From assembly GCF_004010195.1 (NCBI RefSeq), contig NC_057722.1, forward strand, positions 27,944,094 through 28,008,093: a stretch of DNA of 64,000 bases, given 5' to 3'. Shown in pieces: positions 1 through 14,601 of the stretch. The position numbers and the translations under genes are program-made. The stretch's first letter is position 1. Each line of letters opens with the position of its first letter. This stretch comes from Chiloscyllium plagiosum. Lineage: Eukaryota. The notes below the pieces were generated by a model. That model was not told the origin of the DNA. It saw nothing but the letters and a program-made list of their open reading frames with translations, and ran no database searches.

Positions 1-1049
1 GCTTACATAATGGTGCCACAGGGATAAACTTTTAAAGAGACAGTCATCCCTTTTGATGGAATGTGCAGACTTGATTTCAAAACTACAACCAAATAAATTT
101 ACACATTATATTTCGCACCCTTGCAGTGTCATGAAGACTTTCAAAGTCTAAGTGAATGTAATTGAAATAATGGCAGAAAAGTAACCTGCATAAAGACCAA
201 AAAAATTTAATCAAAAGGAATCAATTAATTAGATAACATTCAAGCATCTTGTAAAAACATTCAAAACTTAACTCCAGGTTATTCATATTTTGAAATGGCA
301 TTATTGTACAGTCACAAATTCTGATGGCTGATAAAGTGATTAAGAACATCACAACTAATATTTCCTCTTGATCCAACTTCATATGTTAATGTTTTCTAGA
401 ATTTGTTAAAACTACTGTTTTTATTGAAATTAAATTATTTACTCATGAACAAAATGCTCTCACAACAGATCTGAAATGTGTGCTGCTATGCTACAGATAA
501 ATTCAGTTTACAACTTCATGATGGGAGATATATCATCACTTTTCCTTTATCCCACAGATGCTTGGAACAAGGTCATAATCATACCATTGGTTGAGGAACA
601 CCTGCAATCTTTTGCTTTACAACTTTAGACAGAGTTCATAAAGAAAAAGTGTTTTGTTAGAAAACTGGATGCACTCAATTTTTAGAAAGAGCTCAAGTGA
701 ATTTTGCTTTTCACTGCTTCATTCTAACATTTTGGCATCTCCCAAATTTTAGTGCTTGCCCCAGATTTGTTTTTCCTTTTTCCCTAATTCAGTTATGCCA
801 TATTTCAAGGTATTAATACTGTCCAAAACTGTGACATGTGTTAGTTCTAAAAAGAAACATCAGGGATAAAGATTGAGACTTGTCTAACTGATTTAGGCAA
901 CAAAAACCATGTAAAATTGTGATCTGATCTGACAGGATTGGATATAGGATTCATCAGATGAATCTGACATCTGTGTTCCTGAACGCTTATAGAGCTGTCC
1001 TTTTATACTACAGTCAGTTTCAGGTGGTGGCAGCTAAAGCAATAATGGT

Positions 1050-1214
1050 AAAACAAGAGCAAAATGCCGTGGTACTGGAAATCTCAACTAGGTTCTAAAG
1101 AAGAATCATGTTAGACACAAAAGCTAAACTCTCTCTCTTCCCCCCCACCAACCCCGATTCCCCCCCAAAATTCTGCCAGACCTGGTGAGTTTCTCCAGCA
1201 CTTTCTATTTTTAT
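1050..1214 (+). mobile_element. Short Penelope-like insertion with decayed hammerhead and inverted 5' piece
   Basis: Resembles the 47639-47786 family; flanked by TAAAGCA(T/A)AATGGT-type 15-bp repeats at 1035-1049 and 1215-1229. Confidence 0.55.
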
Positions 1215-2719
1215 TAAAGCAAAAATGGTGCCTGCTATCCCTGAATGCTTCTACTCTCCTCTAACTAAATAGTACTTCTGCAAAAAGGTCTGTCTTGCTA
1301 AATGTGATTTTTAAACATGAAATAGAAGAATCAAAACCATGCTTCTGAGAAACCAAATGTGGACAAAGATAAGAGACTTGTCTATGTGAATATATATATT
1401 GTACAACTGAGCTTGGAATTCATGCTCCTTGAATGATGCCTGATCTGCTGTGCATTTCTGGTGCCACACTTTTCAACTTGGAATGTATTTCCATTGCTTA
1501 ACTTTCTAATGTTGATAGCAAAATAAATTCCTCTAAATCTTCACATCAGTCAAATTGGCTCAAAGAAAAAAACATTATACAAAGTGAAATCCAACAATGG
1601 GGAATCAAGAGCCATCAAAGAATTTACAAGAGGTGGAAATACCTGGGGATGTCACGACAAAATTCTAGCGAGAAATTCAACAAATACTCTAGTTGTGGAA
1701 TTAGACTCTATAGTACAACTGAGGTTTGCACAACAGAAACAAGAGACAAGATACAAGAAGAGATGGGATTCAGCCATCTTGGTATGAATAAACTATACCA
1801 ATGACACCATGTCAATGAATACCAGCAACCACAATGCATTCATCCAGTTGCATCCATATATTTGGGACTCCAGAGAAGATCAGTAGCTGGCTTTTTGCTC
1901 TACTTGGACTGTATGTCAGAGAACACATTCTCAATCTCCAGTTTCAATAAACTTATTTGTCTAATCACTAAAGTCTTATCATTCCCAAACCACCCACCAA
2001 GCAACCCTTAGGCAGTACTCCACAATAAAAGTTAACAAACAAAAATCATTTTAAAACATTTGCAGATACATACAATACATATACAATAATATAAGTTGCC
2101 TGATTTGCATCTGTACTGTGCTACCCCAGTGGCTGGAGCATGGCTAGTGAAAGTCTGCTGACTTTCAAATGGAGTGACTGCAAACTGTCATGACAGACTC
2201 TTTTGAGCAACTCCGAGCCTTGAAGAATTGGTTACAAGCTTCATCATCTTGCCGTGGGGGTTGACGGATTGGGTTAAGGGACATCAGCAAGACTATAGTA
2301 GGAGTGACAATAGTTGGAGTAAAAATGTTCTGGCTTTCAGATAGAACAACAGCTTTGTCTCTAAAAAGGCTACTGCCACAGGTGCAACATTTCTGTAATC
2401 CTCATGCTCTGTGGGATGATTGCTAAACTGCCATAGCAGGCTTTATGCCCCTGTCAGCACTCAGACCTGCAACCATGATGCCAGAAATCTGAACCTACAG
2501 GTAGCATGCACAGATCTGATAACATCAGCTTGAGCTCCCATTACAGCATTGAGAAGGTAGGTGACTTTTTGCCTTGTGTTGAAATGGAAACTGAAACAAA
2601 GTCCACCAGACACTCCATCATGGGGTCATGGAGTTGTTCATGAATTTCACAGTGGAAACCTCCAGGTTGTGTGATTTTCTCTACCTTGTTGGATCGGAGT
2701 ACAAGGCTGTCTGGTAGAC

Positions 2720-3470
2720 CGAGGTGAAAGTGAGTACTGGCAGATGGTGGAGATCAGAGTCAAGATTAGAGTGGTGCTGGAAAGGCAAAGCAGGCCAGGC
2801 AGCATCCGAGGAGCAGAAAAATCGATGATTCGGGCAAAAGCCCTTCATCAGGAATGAGGCTGGGAGCCTTAGGGGTGGAGAGACAAGTGGGAGGTGGGGC
2901 TGGGGGGAAGGTAGCTGAGAGTGCAATAGGTGGATGGAGGTGGGGGTGAAGATGACATGTCGGAGAGGAGGGTGGAGCAGACAGGTGGGAAGGAAGATTG
3001 ACAGATGGGATAAGTCATTCACATGTGATTTACTGTATCCATTGCTCCCGATGCGGTCTCCTCTACATTGGGGAGACTGGACATCTACTCGCAGAATGCT
3101 TCAGAGAACATCTCTGGGACACCTGCTCCAATCAACCCCACTGCCCTGTGGCTGAACATTTCAATTCCTCCTCCTACTCTGCCAAGGACATGCAGGTTCT
3201 GGGCCTTCTTCATCACCACTCCCTTATCACCTGACACTCTGAGGAAGCACGCCTCATCTTTAGCCTCAGGACCCTTCAACCCCATGGCATCAATGTAGAC
3301 TTCACCAGTTTCCTCATTTCCCCTCCCCAACCTTACCCCAGTTCCAACCTTCCAGCTCAGCACCGTCCTCATGACATGTCCATCTGTCAATCTTCCTTCC
3401 CACCTGTGCCAATGCACAACCACCTCTATGTACTTCATCAGCACCATCACGCCTGTCACCCCCATCAAAG
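2720..3470 (+). mobile_element. Penelope-like element fragment: inverted pseudo-LTR (2720-3010), GIY-YIG endonuclease 3' end, partial pseudo-LTR
   Basis: ORF 2998-3234 gives VIYCIHCSRCGLLYIGETG..LAECFREHL (GIY-YIG with CxxC); a decayed hammerhead lies on the minus strand at ~2822-2851. Confidence 0.8.
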
Positions 3471-3873
3471 TCCTCAACTAGGTCACTTATAGGAGAACTC
3501 AATTTTCACCTCGACCTCCAGGGAGATGGCACATAAATCATCTTTTTCCCAAGAGCCGGTTGCAGTGCAATTATGTCCAATGGCCCACCATGTAAATCCC
3601 AATCCTATACCCATCCCTCAGTCTATCAACTGGTGAATATGCAAAGTGAATGACAGGTAAGGTGATAGTACTTCTTCATCATTGTGATGTTGTTTTCTTT
3701 ATCTTCCTCCTTGGCATGCTGTGGCTTGGCAGGCAATAGGTTTTGGCTATGCAAAAGCAGAGGGTTGGGGTGAGAAAGGGGGCCATGTGCTATATAGCAA
3801 TATGCCCATAGTCATTTCTGAAGAAGTTCTGAAGATGAGTCATACAGGACTTAAAGCATTAATGTTTCTCACA

Positions 3874-5306
3874 GTACCAGGCCGTGCACTCAGAGAATGT
3901 GCAGATCAACTTGTACATGCCTTCTTGGACATCTTCAACCTCTCCCTGCAGCGCCACTGTAACCGCCTGTTTCAAGATGGCCAACATCATCCCTGTGCCT
4001 AAGCATGTCTCAATGACTACCACCCAGTGGCCCTAACTTCAGTGGTCATGAAGTGCTTTGAAAGGCTGATCATGGCATTAATCAACTCCAGACTCCCCAC
4101 TACTCTTGTCCCACTCCAATTTGCCTATCAGACTAATAGTTCCACGTCAGATGCCATTTCACTTGCCCTTCACTCCTCCCTAGAACATCTTGACACCAAG
4201 AACAGCTACTTAAGAATCCTACTCATTGACTACAGTTCAGCCTTCAACACTATTATCTCCTCAAGACTGATTACTAAACTTAGTGATCTCGAACTAAGCC
4301 CCACTCTCTGCAACTGGATTCTCAGTTTCCTGACCCACAGGCCACATCAGTGAAGATTGGGGGCAATATTTCATCCTCACTAACACTCCACACTGGACCC
4401 CCAGGGGTGTGTACTCAGCCCCCTACTGTACTCACTGTATACCCATGACTGCATCGCCAGATACCAGACTAATGCCATTTACAATTTCGCTGATGACACC
4501 ACCATAATCGGTTGAATCTCAGATGGCAACAAAACAAACTACAGACGGAAGGTGAAAGACCTGGAAAAATGGTGCACTGAGAACAACCTAGCTTTCAATG
4601 CCGGCAAAACCAAAGAACACATTATTGACTTTTGGCAGAATGCTACTCATGCCCCCCTACACATTAACAGCACAGAGGTGGAATGAGTGGAGAGTGTCAA
4701 GCTCCTGGGAGTGGTCATCCACAACAAGCCTTCTTGACTCTTCATGTGGACGCATTGGTTACAAAGGCCCAACAACGTCTCTTCTTCCTCAGGCAGCTGA
4801 GGAAATTTGGCATAATGGCAAATACGCTTGCCAACTTTTATAGGTGCGCCATCGAGAGCATTCTGTCTGGATGTATCACTACCTGGTATGGCAACTGTAC
4901 CATTCAAGATCAGAGACTGTGACAGAGAGTGGTGAACTCGGCCCGGACAATCATAAAGGCCAACCTCCCATCTATAGGATCCATCTACCAAGCCTGCTGT
5001 CAAGGAAAGGCTGCCAGCATTCTCAAAGATCCATCCCACCCTGGCAATGCTTTTCTACAACCTCTACCATCGGGGAGAAGGTACAGAAGCCTGAACACAT
5101 GCACCAGCCGATTTGATAACAGTTTCTACCCTACTGTTGTTAGAATACTAAATGGGCTCACAAACTCTTAACATTCGCCTGTACCTGTGTTTTTGTTTTT
5201 GCCACTGTTTACCTATTATTTACTTAGCTATGCTACTTAACTACATGATCTGCCAAAGCTTTTCACTGTGTGTTGGTACACATGACAATAAATTCAATTC
5301 AATTCA
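3874..5306 (+). mobile_element. Rex1/Babar-type LINE, 5'-truncated, disrupted RT
   Basis: [59 protein letters not shown] motifs with frameshifts; AATAAA(TTCAA)n tail. Confidence 0.8.
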
Positions 5307-5464
5307 GATGCTTCCAGACCGAATAAGTTTCTCCAGCATTTGCTCTGCATGTTGCCATGGTCACACCATCACTGTGCCAGATATCAGGGTGAGTATGAAG
5401 AGAGTTAAGAATAGCAGTAACATACCATCATCCTGAATGATCTTAACTACTCAACATGTGTTTA

Positions 5465-6090
5465 GTAGTTGTACCAGCCTCCACCACTTCTTCTGGCAGC
5501 TCATTCCATACATGCACCACCCTCTGAATGAAAACGTTGCACCTTAGGTGCCTTTTATATCTTTCGCCTCTCACTTTAAACCTTTGCCCTCTATTTTTGG
5601 ACTCCCCAACCTGGGGAAAAGACCTTGTCTCATTACCCTATTCTTGCCCCTCAAGATTTTAGAAACCTCTGTAAGGTCACCCCTCAGCCTCCAATGCTCC
5701 GGGGAAAATAGCCCCAGCCTATCCAGCCTCTCTGTATAGCTCAAACCCTCCAACCCTGTAAATCTTTTCTGAACCCTTTCAAGTTTCACATCTTTCTTCT
5801 AGGAGGGAGACCAGAACTGCACACAGTACTCCAAAAGTGGCCAAACCAATGTCCTGTACAGCCATAACATGACCTGCCAACTCCTATACTCAAATGCACT
5901 GACTCATAGGCAGGCATCTCAAACGTCTTCTTCACTATCCTATCTACGTGCAACTCCACTTTTAGGAAAAACAAACCTGAACTCAAATGTCTCTTTGTTC
6001 AGCAGCACTTCCCAGGACCTTACCGTTAAATGTATAAGCCCTGCCATGATTTGCCTTTCCAAAATGCAGCACCTCACATTGATCTAAATT
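5465..6090 (-). mobile_element. CR1 LINE 3' fragment
   Basis: [30 protein letters not shown] (ORF 5571-5789). Confidence 0.85.
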
Positions 6091-6561
6091 GTGTGCACAA
6101 GAGTGCAGTGAGTAAGGTGGTGACCTCACTGAGAGCATCACAGAGGACATGCCCATATGGGGAGGCCAAGCCCCATCAGAGTAAGTCCAGCTAACCAGTC
6201 TGCTGCGTGGAGGGAGTGGGGATTTCAGAAGTGGTATGTCTGATGATCCATTTCCTTTGTCTTGAATTGCTGTATTATAATTCAGCAGCTACCTCCAGCA
6301 AATCAGTGCAGCTTCTTTTTAAGAGGGGAGGACTTCTTTTAGACACCAACCTTGCATGTTAATTGACATCCAGAATTCATGAATTTTACTCCAAAAATTG
6401 GGTGCTCATCAGTTTTTCACATTCTGACTCCAGCAATTCCCATTTTTCAGAACTAATTATTTGGGAGTTCCAAAATTTTTCATAAATATATTTCTGTCTC
6501 CTCAATGCTCCAGAATTTTCCCAATACTGTATATTCAATATAATTTTGTATCTAAAATATG

Positions 6562-8097
6562 GGGCAGAATTTTCCCAGTGTCTGAATAATGCCCACAATG
6601 GCAAGACAGTTGGGAGAATGCAGCAAAAATGAAAAAAAATGAGATTTTCAACATGGCAAAGAAAATATCTGATCTTTTCCTGGAGATTTAGACAGCTAGA
6701 TGAAAACCTCACTCATGAGTGATGAGGGCTATTTTCATGCATTAGCATCTCATGATTATATGATCTTGCCTCATTTATATGCAGGCAAGGTTCTCCCAAG
6801 AGCTGGTGAGAAACTAGACAGCACCAATTGCTGACTTGAAAGTCAGAGTGGTAATCTAGCAGCTACAGCTCACGGGCCTCCATTCACCAAAACCTCAGGG
6901 AATGTGCAGCAACCAGCACCCTCCATCCACAATCCACCAACCTCACCACATCATCATGGCATATCTTGGATTCACTTACAATACAGTTCACTTCATTATT
7001 GCACTTAGAGCTCACTGGCATTTTACATTACAATGCTGCCAGGCTGTCTTGCTTGCAGGGACAGGCATCCGTCGCATGCATCAGAACAACGTGCAACTTG
7101 GGGCTATTAGCTTGTTTTCCTCGCACTCAATCATTTTTTACTGCATGGACACTCCTGCATTGCCTTGCCTTTTAGCACAGACAGAAAGCCAGGCATGTCA
7201 TACCTTACAGCACTGAGTAGACAAAGGGATTGACAAGTTGGTGTATGGCACCATGCCATATATCAATGTCTGAAAAACACACTGCGATCTGCTTTGACCA
7301 AATAGCCTGGTCTGAAAGTCTAAAGGTAGTATCCTTAGTCCAGTCAAGGGATCTGTGGTCAGTCAGTGGATTGGTCTGTGCTCAGTCAGGAAATGTGGTG
7401 TGGTATTCCAAGTGAATTAATAGGAAGCACAGAGGGCATGAAGATTTAATAACTTGGGCAGAATGTGGTGGTTGAGAGCCAATGAGGAAAGGTGCTTCAT
7501 GTATTAGTTAGAATAATTGACTCATACTTTGGTGGAGGTTGAGTGATGTAGCAGAGTTAGCAAAAGTATGAGATAGCAGAGGGATGACAGTGCAACTTGT
7601 CCATTTAGAGGGCAAAAGACAACATTGCTGCATGTTCCTTTTGACTGTGAACACTGCACTGACCCAGGTGGCTATATTAGACCAGGCTGACAGCATCTGG
7701 TGCTGTGGTCTCCTCCAGTGGTTCTGAGGAAAAAGGACAGCTTGCTTCTTCACCACCTGATCCCCTAGAATCTCCAGGTCCCTGCCTGCAAAGCCAAGTG
7801 CCACTTTGCTTCTCTCCAACATATCCTTTGGAATTGCACAGCAACACCTGGTTTGGTGAACAGCTGGGGCTTAAATACGGTACCTGCAGAATGGATATGT
7901 AAGTCCCCAGCACCAGAGAGCACTTTCATTGCTGCTGAACACAAAATAGCATAAGAGTGATGTGTCAAGGTGGGATGCATAATTGATTGTGAGCAACAAA
8001 AAACTGTATGAGAAACATCCTCAGGGCTCACAGAGGGAAACCCTCAAAGAAATTTCTTGAAAGTGACATTCTGCCAAAACAGAGGAATATTCAGCCC
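6562..8097 (-). mobile_element. PIF/Harbinger-like DNA transposon remnant with Myb/SANT-like ORF
   Basis: Imperfect TIRs GGGCAGAATTTTCC / GGAATATTCAGCCC, ATG on both flanks (3-bp TSD), and FAGRDLEILGDQVVKKQAVLF...WSNIATWVSAV...R..QC in ORF 7508-7822. Confidence 0.65.
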
Positions 8098-9799
8098 ATG
8101 GTGATTAGCAGTTCCAGAGATGGGTGAGCCTGCTGGTATCAGGATTACTCTGTTCTGTAACATGCATACTTCACACAGTCTTTCCATCAACTCTGATCCA
8201 ACTATTAGTAAAAAAAAAGGTTAATTGGAAGCTTTTTAAAAACAACCCAGCTGCCAGGAACATATAAAGTAGAAATGCAGTTAACAAAATTCACTTCACG
8301 TCCAGCACCCACATAGTCAATGGCAAGCTAAATTTGGAGGTGTGGTATGGGGAGTAAGGGAACAGAGCATAAGGAACCTAGGTTGGCAACAGTCCAGATT
8401 ATCTTTGTGAGACACTCTTGCTTCTTTCAGCCCTGCAAAAATAATTTTAAATTTAACCTTTGCAGCTTCTTCAACTCCATGATAGAAAAGAAATTTTCAA
8501 CTGCAGCATTACATGTTCTGACTAGTTCTGCCCTAAAATCAAGACATTCTCAGTCAAATGACCTGCATTTGATATTATAATGGGTCAAATATCTGAAGTG
8601 ATAAACTTTTCATCCATTCATGAATAGGTGTTTGTAGATTTGATAGTGGCAGAGTATTGGTATTAATAGAGTGGCAAAGGGTGGATCATCCCTTAGTGTG
8701 AATTTTGCAGAATTTAAGATCAATTCCTACGAAATTCACCTTGAATTTGCTAAGGCAGTCAATCAAGGTCTTAAAAACCTAAACTCCAAAGACTAATCAC
8801 AATTATAATTAAGTAGCAACAAAGTGACTGCAACTGGGGATGTTATTTTCTCTCAGGAAATTATTCATTTGCCTTTTAAAGAACTGTAATGATTCTGCAC
8901 TCATCACATTTCTCAGCGGCTTGTTCTATAATACATGACTTTGTGTGAACAGAAGTATTAACTGGCATTGAAATGAACTCCTAGCCTATGGATTTTATAG
9001 GTATGACCTCTAGTCCTTCCAGCCCCTGTTTTGAACAACGTTACTAGCTGACTAACTCAGTCTGTTCTATGTTTTAAACATTTCAAGCGTCTATTTCCTG
9101 AGCTTAATATTTGTCCAAAGTAAATAATGCAAGGAGACTTTTCATTGAATCAAATAGCAAAACATACAAATTATTTTGAGAATATTGTTATTATTTATTT
9201 TGCAGCAACATTTCTTTCTTATTCTTTATCCTAATCAGTTTCTTTACTCTTTAAGAAAAAAAACACTCACTCTAAGTTATTAGAATTGATCACTGACCAA
9301 TCTTATTTAGTGTACCGAATCTAAGTAGATCCAGACTACCAGAGGAAAGGTAATCAAATTAAAGAGAATAAATAAAAGGTTACCAAGGGCAGGGATGGAG
9401 ATTGCCAAAAAATTAAATAAGCTTCAGTTTTTAAAATAATTTGTTATGCATTTGACATTTTGATGATGTCCGATAGTTTTTATTATGCATTATCTGTTAT
9501 AATTAAAATTATAAAGACAGTTATAAAAATAATTAAATGAAATAAAAGGGCTCATTTAAAAGTGTCAGCAATAAAAGACTTCTCCAGTTCCCCTACCCCT
9601 TGGTATCTACCCAGTGCAATATCAACATATATTTCTTTTCTGTCTATGATGCTGTTGGAACTTGTTGCTTTCAGTATCACATGCAAATTTACACCGTTAG
9701 ATGCTGTTGAGATATTGAGCGACAAAGGTGTCATTGATATTTCTATGAAACATCTGTAATATCGGGAGGGTTTCATTTGAAACATGCTGGTACTAATGT

Positions 9800-11363
9800 C
9801 CTGGAGAATTGTATGACTTGTGTTGTAGTTAGGGAATTAAACTAATTAGAGGGAAGGAAACAGCACAGTGAACAGGTTACTGATAAAGTGTAACAGGTAG
9901 GGATAGAAAATATTCATAGAGTAATGCAGCAAAAAATTAGAACCAGAGACAGTAATAATAGAAAAGGTCAAAGCTTAAGGTTCTAAATCTGAATGAATGT
10001 GGCATTTTGAACAATAGATTAGTTGACAGCACAAATAGAAATAAACATGTATGGCTAGATAGCTAATACAATGCCATAGTTACAGAGTGATCAAGACTGA
10101 GAACTCAATATTCAATATTTGGGATTATTCGAAGAATAAGCAAGACAGAAAAAGAATGTGGGTATCTTTGTTAACAAAGATTAGTATCAATGATCTGATG
10201 AGTAGTGAGTAGGTGCAATAGAGCATGATGCAGAAACAATTTGGGCAGAAATAAGGAATGATGAGGGAAACAAGTCATGGATGGGAGTCATCTATAGACT
10301 TTCAAAGGGTTGCCTCACTATAAGACAATACATAAACTGGCAAATAATGGAGACATGAAGGAAGGGCATTACAAGTGTCATGAGTAATTTTAATCTGTAC
10401 ATTGATTGTACAAATCAGATGGGCAAGGGTGACATGGAAGACAAATTTGTACAGTGTACCTGGATTGTTCCTTAGAGTAGTAAATTCAGAATCTACCTAG
10501 GAACAGAGGTAGGATTAAAAGGAGATCTTCTGGAAATAGCAATCACAATGTGGTAGAATTTTAAAATCAGTTTAAGGGACAGCCACTCGAATCTCAAACC
10601 AGTGTTCTCAACTTAAATAAAAACAATTACAAAGGTATAAAGAAAATGTTGTACAAAGTGAACTGGGAAAATAGACTAAGGGGAATGTCAGTAGATGAGC
10701 AGTGACAGATATTTAGGCAGATATTTCACAATGTCAACAAAAAAAAATTCCAGCCAAAAAGGACTTTGTGGGAAGGATGAACTATATGTGATTAACAAAG
10801 GAGGTTAAGGAGAGGATCCAATCAAAGGCTATGGCATATAAACAGTGAAAACTAGTAGTGGGCCACAGAAGTTTATTTAGAAACCAGCAACAGATGACTG
10901 AAAAACAAAATAAAAGGGAAAGAAACTTGACTGTGAGAGTAATTTGCCAAGATATATAAAAACTAACAGCAAGAGATTTTATTGGTTTATACAAAGTGAG
11001 TACCTAAGCTAGGTGTGGGATTGTGGTCAAATGCAACTGGGAAATCGGTAATAGGGAACAGGCAGATAAACCAACATTTTGCATTGGTCTTCACCATGGA
11101 TGACACTATAAATACCCTAAATAGAATAGATAAACAAGGTGCTAATGGGAGGAATGAACTTGCAACAATCTCTATCACAAAGATCACAGTATTTGACAAA
11201 TTAATGGAACTGAACACAGACAAGTTGGCAGGACCTGCATCCAAGGATTTTAAAGGAAGTGATTGCAAAAATAGTGGAGGCATTGGCTAAAATATTCCAG
11301 AATTCATGGATTCCAGGTGGATTCCAAAGGATTGGAAAACAGTTAATATGATGCCACTGTTTA
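9800..11363 (+). mobile_element. Old CR1-type LINE, endonuclease-to-RT region (resumes at ~12341-12385 and ~13610-13720)
   Basis: Degenerate ORF2, e.g. NQHFALVFT..VFDKLMELNTDKLAGP (ORF 11015-11290). Confidence 0.7.
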
Positions 11364-12340
11364 ATCTGTCATTTACATAAATGATTTGGATGTGAGCATA
11401 AAAGGTATAGTTAGCAAGTTTGCAGATGACACCAAAATTGGAGATGTAGTCGACAGTGAAGAAAGTTACCTCAGATTACAATGGGATCTTGATCAAATAG
11501 GCCAATAGGCTGAGGTGTGGCAGATGGAGCTTAATTTAGATAACTGCGAGGTGCTGCATTTTGGGAAAGCAAATCTTAGCAGGACTTATACACTTAATGG
11601 TAAGGTCCTAGGGAGTATTGCTGAACCAAGAGACTTGGAGTGTAGATTCATAGCTCCTTGAAAGTGGAGTCGTATGTAGATAGGATAGTGAAGAAGGTAT
11701 TTGGTATGTTTTCCTTTATTGGTCAGAGCATTGAGTACAGGAGTTGGCAGATCATGTTACGGTAGTACAGGATGTTGGTTAGGCCACTTTTGGAATATTG
11801 CATGCAATTCTGGTTTCCCTCCTATCAGAAGGATGTTGTGAAACTTGAAAGGATTCAGAAAAGATTTACAAGGATGTTGCCAGGGTTGGAGGATTTGAGC
11901 TATAGGGAGAGGTTGAATAGGCTCGGGCTGTTTTCCCTGGAGAATTGGAGGCTGAGGGGTAACTTTATAGAGGTTTATAAAATCATGAGGGGCATGGATA
12001 GAGTAAATAGACAAAATCTTTTCCTGGGGTGGGGGAGTCCAGAACTATGGAGCATAGGTTTAGGGTGAGAGGGGAAAGATATAAAAGAAACCTAAAGGGC
12101 AACTTTTTCACGCAGAGGGTGGTACGTGTGCGGAATGAGCTGCGAGAGGAAGTGGTGGAGGCTAGTACGATTGCAACATTTAAAAGGCATCTGGATGGGT
12201 ATATGATTAGGAAGGGTTTGGAGGGATATGGGCTGGGTGCTGGCAGGTGGGACTAGATTTGGTTTGGGATATCTGGTTGGCATGGACGAATTGGAACGAA
12301 GGGACTGTTTCCATGCTGTACATCTCTATGACTTTATAAC
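11364..12340 (+). mobile_element. Younger CR1 LINE 3' part nested in the older LINE
   Basis: KFADDTKIG, LVRPLLEYC..KLERIQKRFTRMLPGL, GNFFTQRVV; tail CATCTCTATGACT. Confidence 0.88.
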
Positions 12341-12389
12341 TCTATTGGGAAAATGTTGGAGTCCATTACTAAAGAAGCAATGCATTGAA

Positions 12390-13605
12390 GAAACATAGGA
12401 ACTAGGAGCAGGAGAAGGCTTTTCAGCCCTTTGAGCCTGCTCTGCCATTCAATATGATCAAGGCTGATCCTCTATCTCACATCCATATGCTCAGGTGCCT
12501 TGATGCCCTTAAAATCAAAACGTTTATCAAATCTTTCCTGAATATATTCAGCGACTTTGTCAGTACAGCCTTCAATGTTAGAAACTTTTACAGGTTCACT
12601 TTTGATTGAGAAAGCAGCTTTTGACTGAAAATTATTTTCCTCATCTCAGTCATAAATGGCATACTCGATATCCTGAGACTGTCCCCTGCATCTAGTCAAT
12701 CTAGCCTGTTAGAATTGTATACATTACAATTACATCCCATCTCATCTAAACTTTAGAAAAGACAGGCCCAATTGAACCAGTTTCTCCTCATAGGCCAGTC
12801 CTGGCATGGTGGTAACAGGCTTGTGAACCTCTGCTGCACTCCCTCTGATGCAAGTATATCCTTTCCTGAGTACGGAGGCCAAAACTGCATACGATACTCC
12901 AGATATGGTTTATCCAAGGCTCTGTATAACTTCAGTAAGACATTGCATTGAAGGCCAATATACCATTTCCTATCCTAATTAATTGTTGCATCTGCCTGTC
13001 TAATTTCATTGACTGGTGAACAAGGATACCCAGATCCCCTTGTATAATCCACACTTCCCAATATATCACTACTTAAGTTAACAAAAATAAATACTGAAAT
13101 TGCGAGAAAAGGTCAGCAGGTCCGACAGCATCTGTGGAGAGAAATCAGAATTAACGTTTCAGGTCAAGCGAACGCAAACTCAGGACTACCATTTGCATAA
13201 TACTCTTCTTTTCTGATTTTCAAAGGTTTAACTTCACATTTAGCCATATTGTACTGCATTTGTCATGTGTTTTGTCACTCACTCAACTTTTCTAAATCAC
13301 CTTGAAGCTTTCTTGTAGTCTCCTCACAGCCCATAATCCCGCCCAGTTTTATGCCATCAGCAAACCTGGAAATGTCGCGTTTGATACCTTCATCCAGGTC
13401 ATACATTTATTGTGAAAAGCTGGGGCTCAATTACTGATCCTTGCAGTATACAACTAGTCACTGCTTGCCATTCAGAAAAAAATCCATTTATTTCCATTCT
13501 CTGCTTCCTGTCAACCAATTCTCAACCCACACCTATGTAATATGCCCATTCCATGAGCTTTAATTTTATCATCTAACCTCTTATGAGGGATGTTATGCAA
13601 AGTCT
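12390..13605 (-). mobile_element. Old CR1 LINE 3' part, containing a Penelope-type fragment at ~13080-13185
   Basis: Reverse-complement CR1 3' end and RT remnants (CCATCAGCAAAC = FADG). Confidence 0.7.
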
Positions 13606-13859
13606 ATCCAAAGAAAATATCTAGATAAATTTAGAAAAGCTTACCACAATCAGGCAGACAAAACATGGCTTTGTGAAAGAGACATAATGCTTGACAAATT
13701 TGATTGAGTTCTTTGGGGCTTATTTAACAATTCAGTGGACATGGCTGATCTATTTTAAATGGTTATTTTGCATCTGTCTTTATCAAGGGAAGAGATGCTA
13801 CCCAGGTATGGTGACAGAGAAGGGAACTCAGTAAATAGAAGGGGCAAATATATCCTGTT

Positions 13860-14400
13860 ATAGGATGGATGTGATTACACTATAGTGGATGCAGGCTGTT
13901 GACTGGGCTGCTTTTAGTTATGAAGAACGATTGGTCAACTGGATCTGTTTTCCATGGAATAGAGAAGACTGAGGGGAACATGATGGAGATGTATAACGTT
14001 ATGAGGTGCTTAGATGGGATGAAAAATATGGAACTTTCCTCTTTAGTGGAGATTTAAAGTAAGGGGCAGGAGGTTTAAAGGTGATATGAGGAAAAAGCTT
14101 TCAACCAAGAGTCTGATACTCGCTGCACATAACGGTAGAAGAGGCAGACACCCTCATAGCATTGTGCCAAGGCACACAAGGCTATGGGCCAAGTGCTGGG
14201 AAATCAGATGAGAATAGTTAAGTGTTTGTTTTTGACTGGCACAGACTTGATGGACAGAAAGACCTTTTTCCTGAGCTGCAGATTCTATGAGTCTAATGTG
14301 CAAGGGTAGGGAGAAAACAGGAGACTGGCAATAGGTAATGATGCTCATTTAATGAGCTAGTGCAGGCACAATGGGCCAAATGGTCTCCTTTTGCACAATA
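13860..14400 (+). mobile_element. Degenerate CR1 3' end
   Basis: AGAAGACTGAGGGGAACATGATGGAG (RRLRG..) and a CR1-like tail. Confidence 0.6.
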
Positions 14401-14601
14401 ACACTCAGAGTCATCGAGTCATTCAGCAGAGGAAGAGACCCTGCGGTCTAACCCGTTCATGCCAACCAAGTTTCCCAAACTAAACTATTCCCATTTGCCT
14501 ATATTTGGCCCATATACCTCTGAACCGTTCCTATTCATGTACCTGTCCAAATGTCTTTAAAATGTTCTAAGTGTACCTGCATCTACTACTTTTTCTGGCA
14601 G

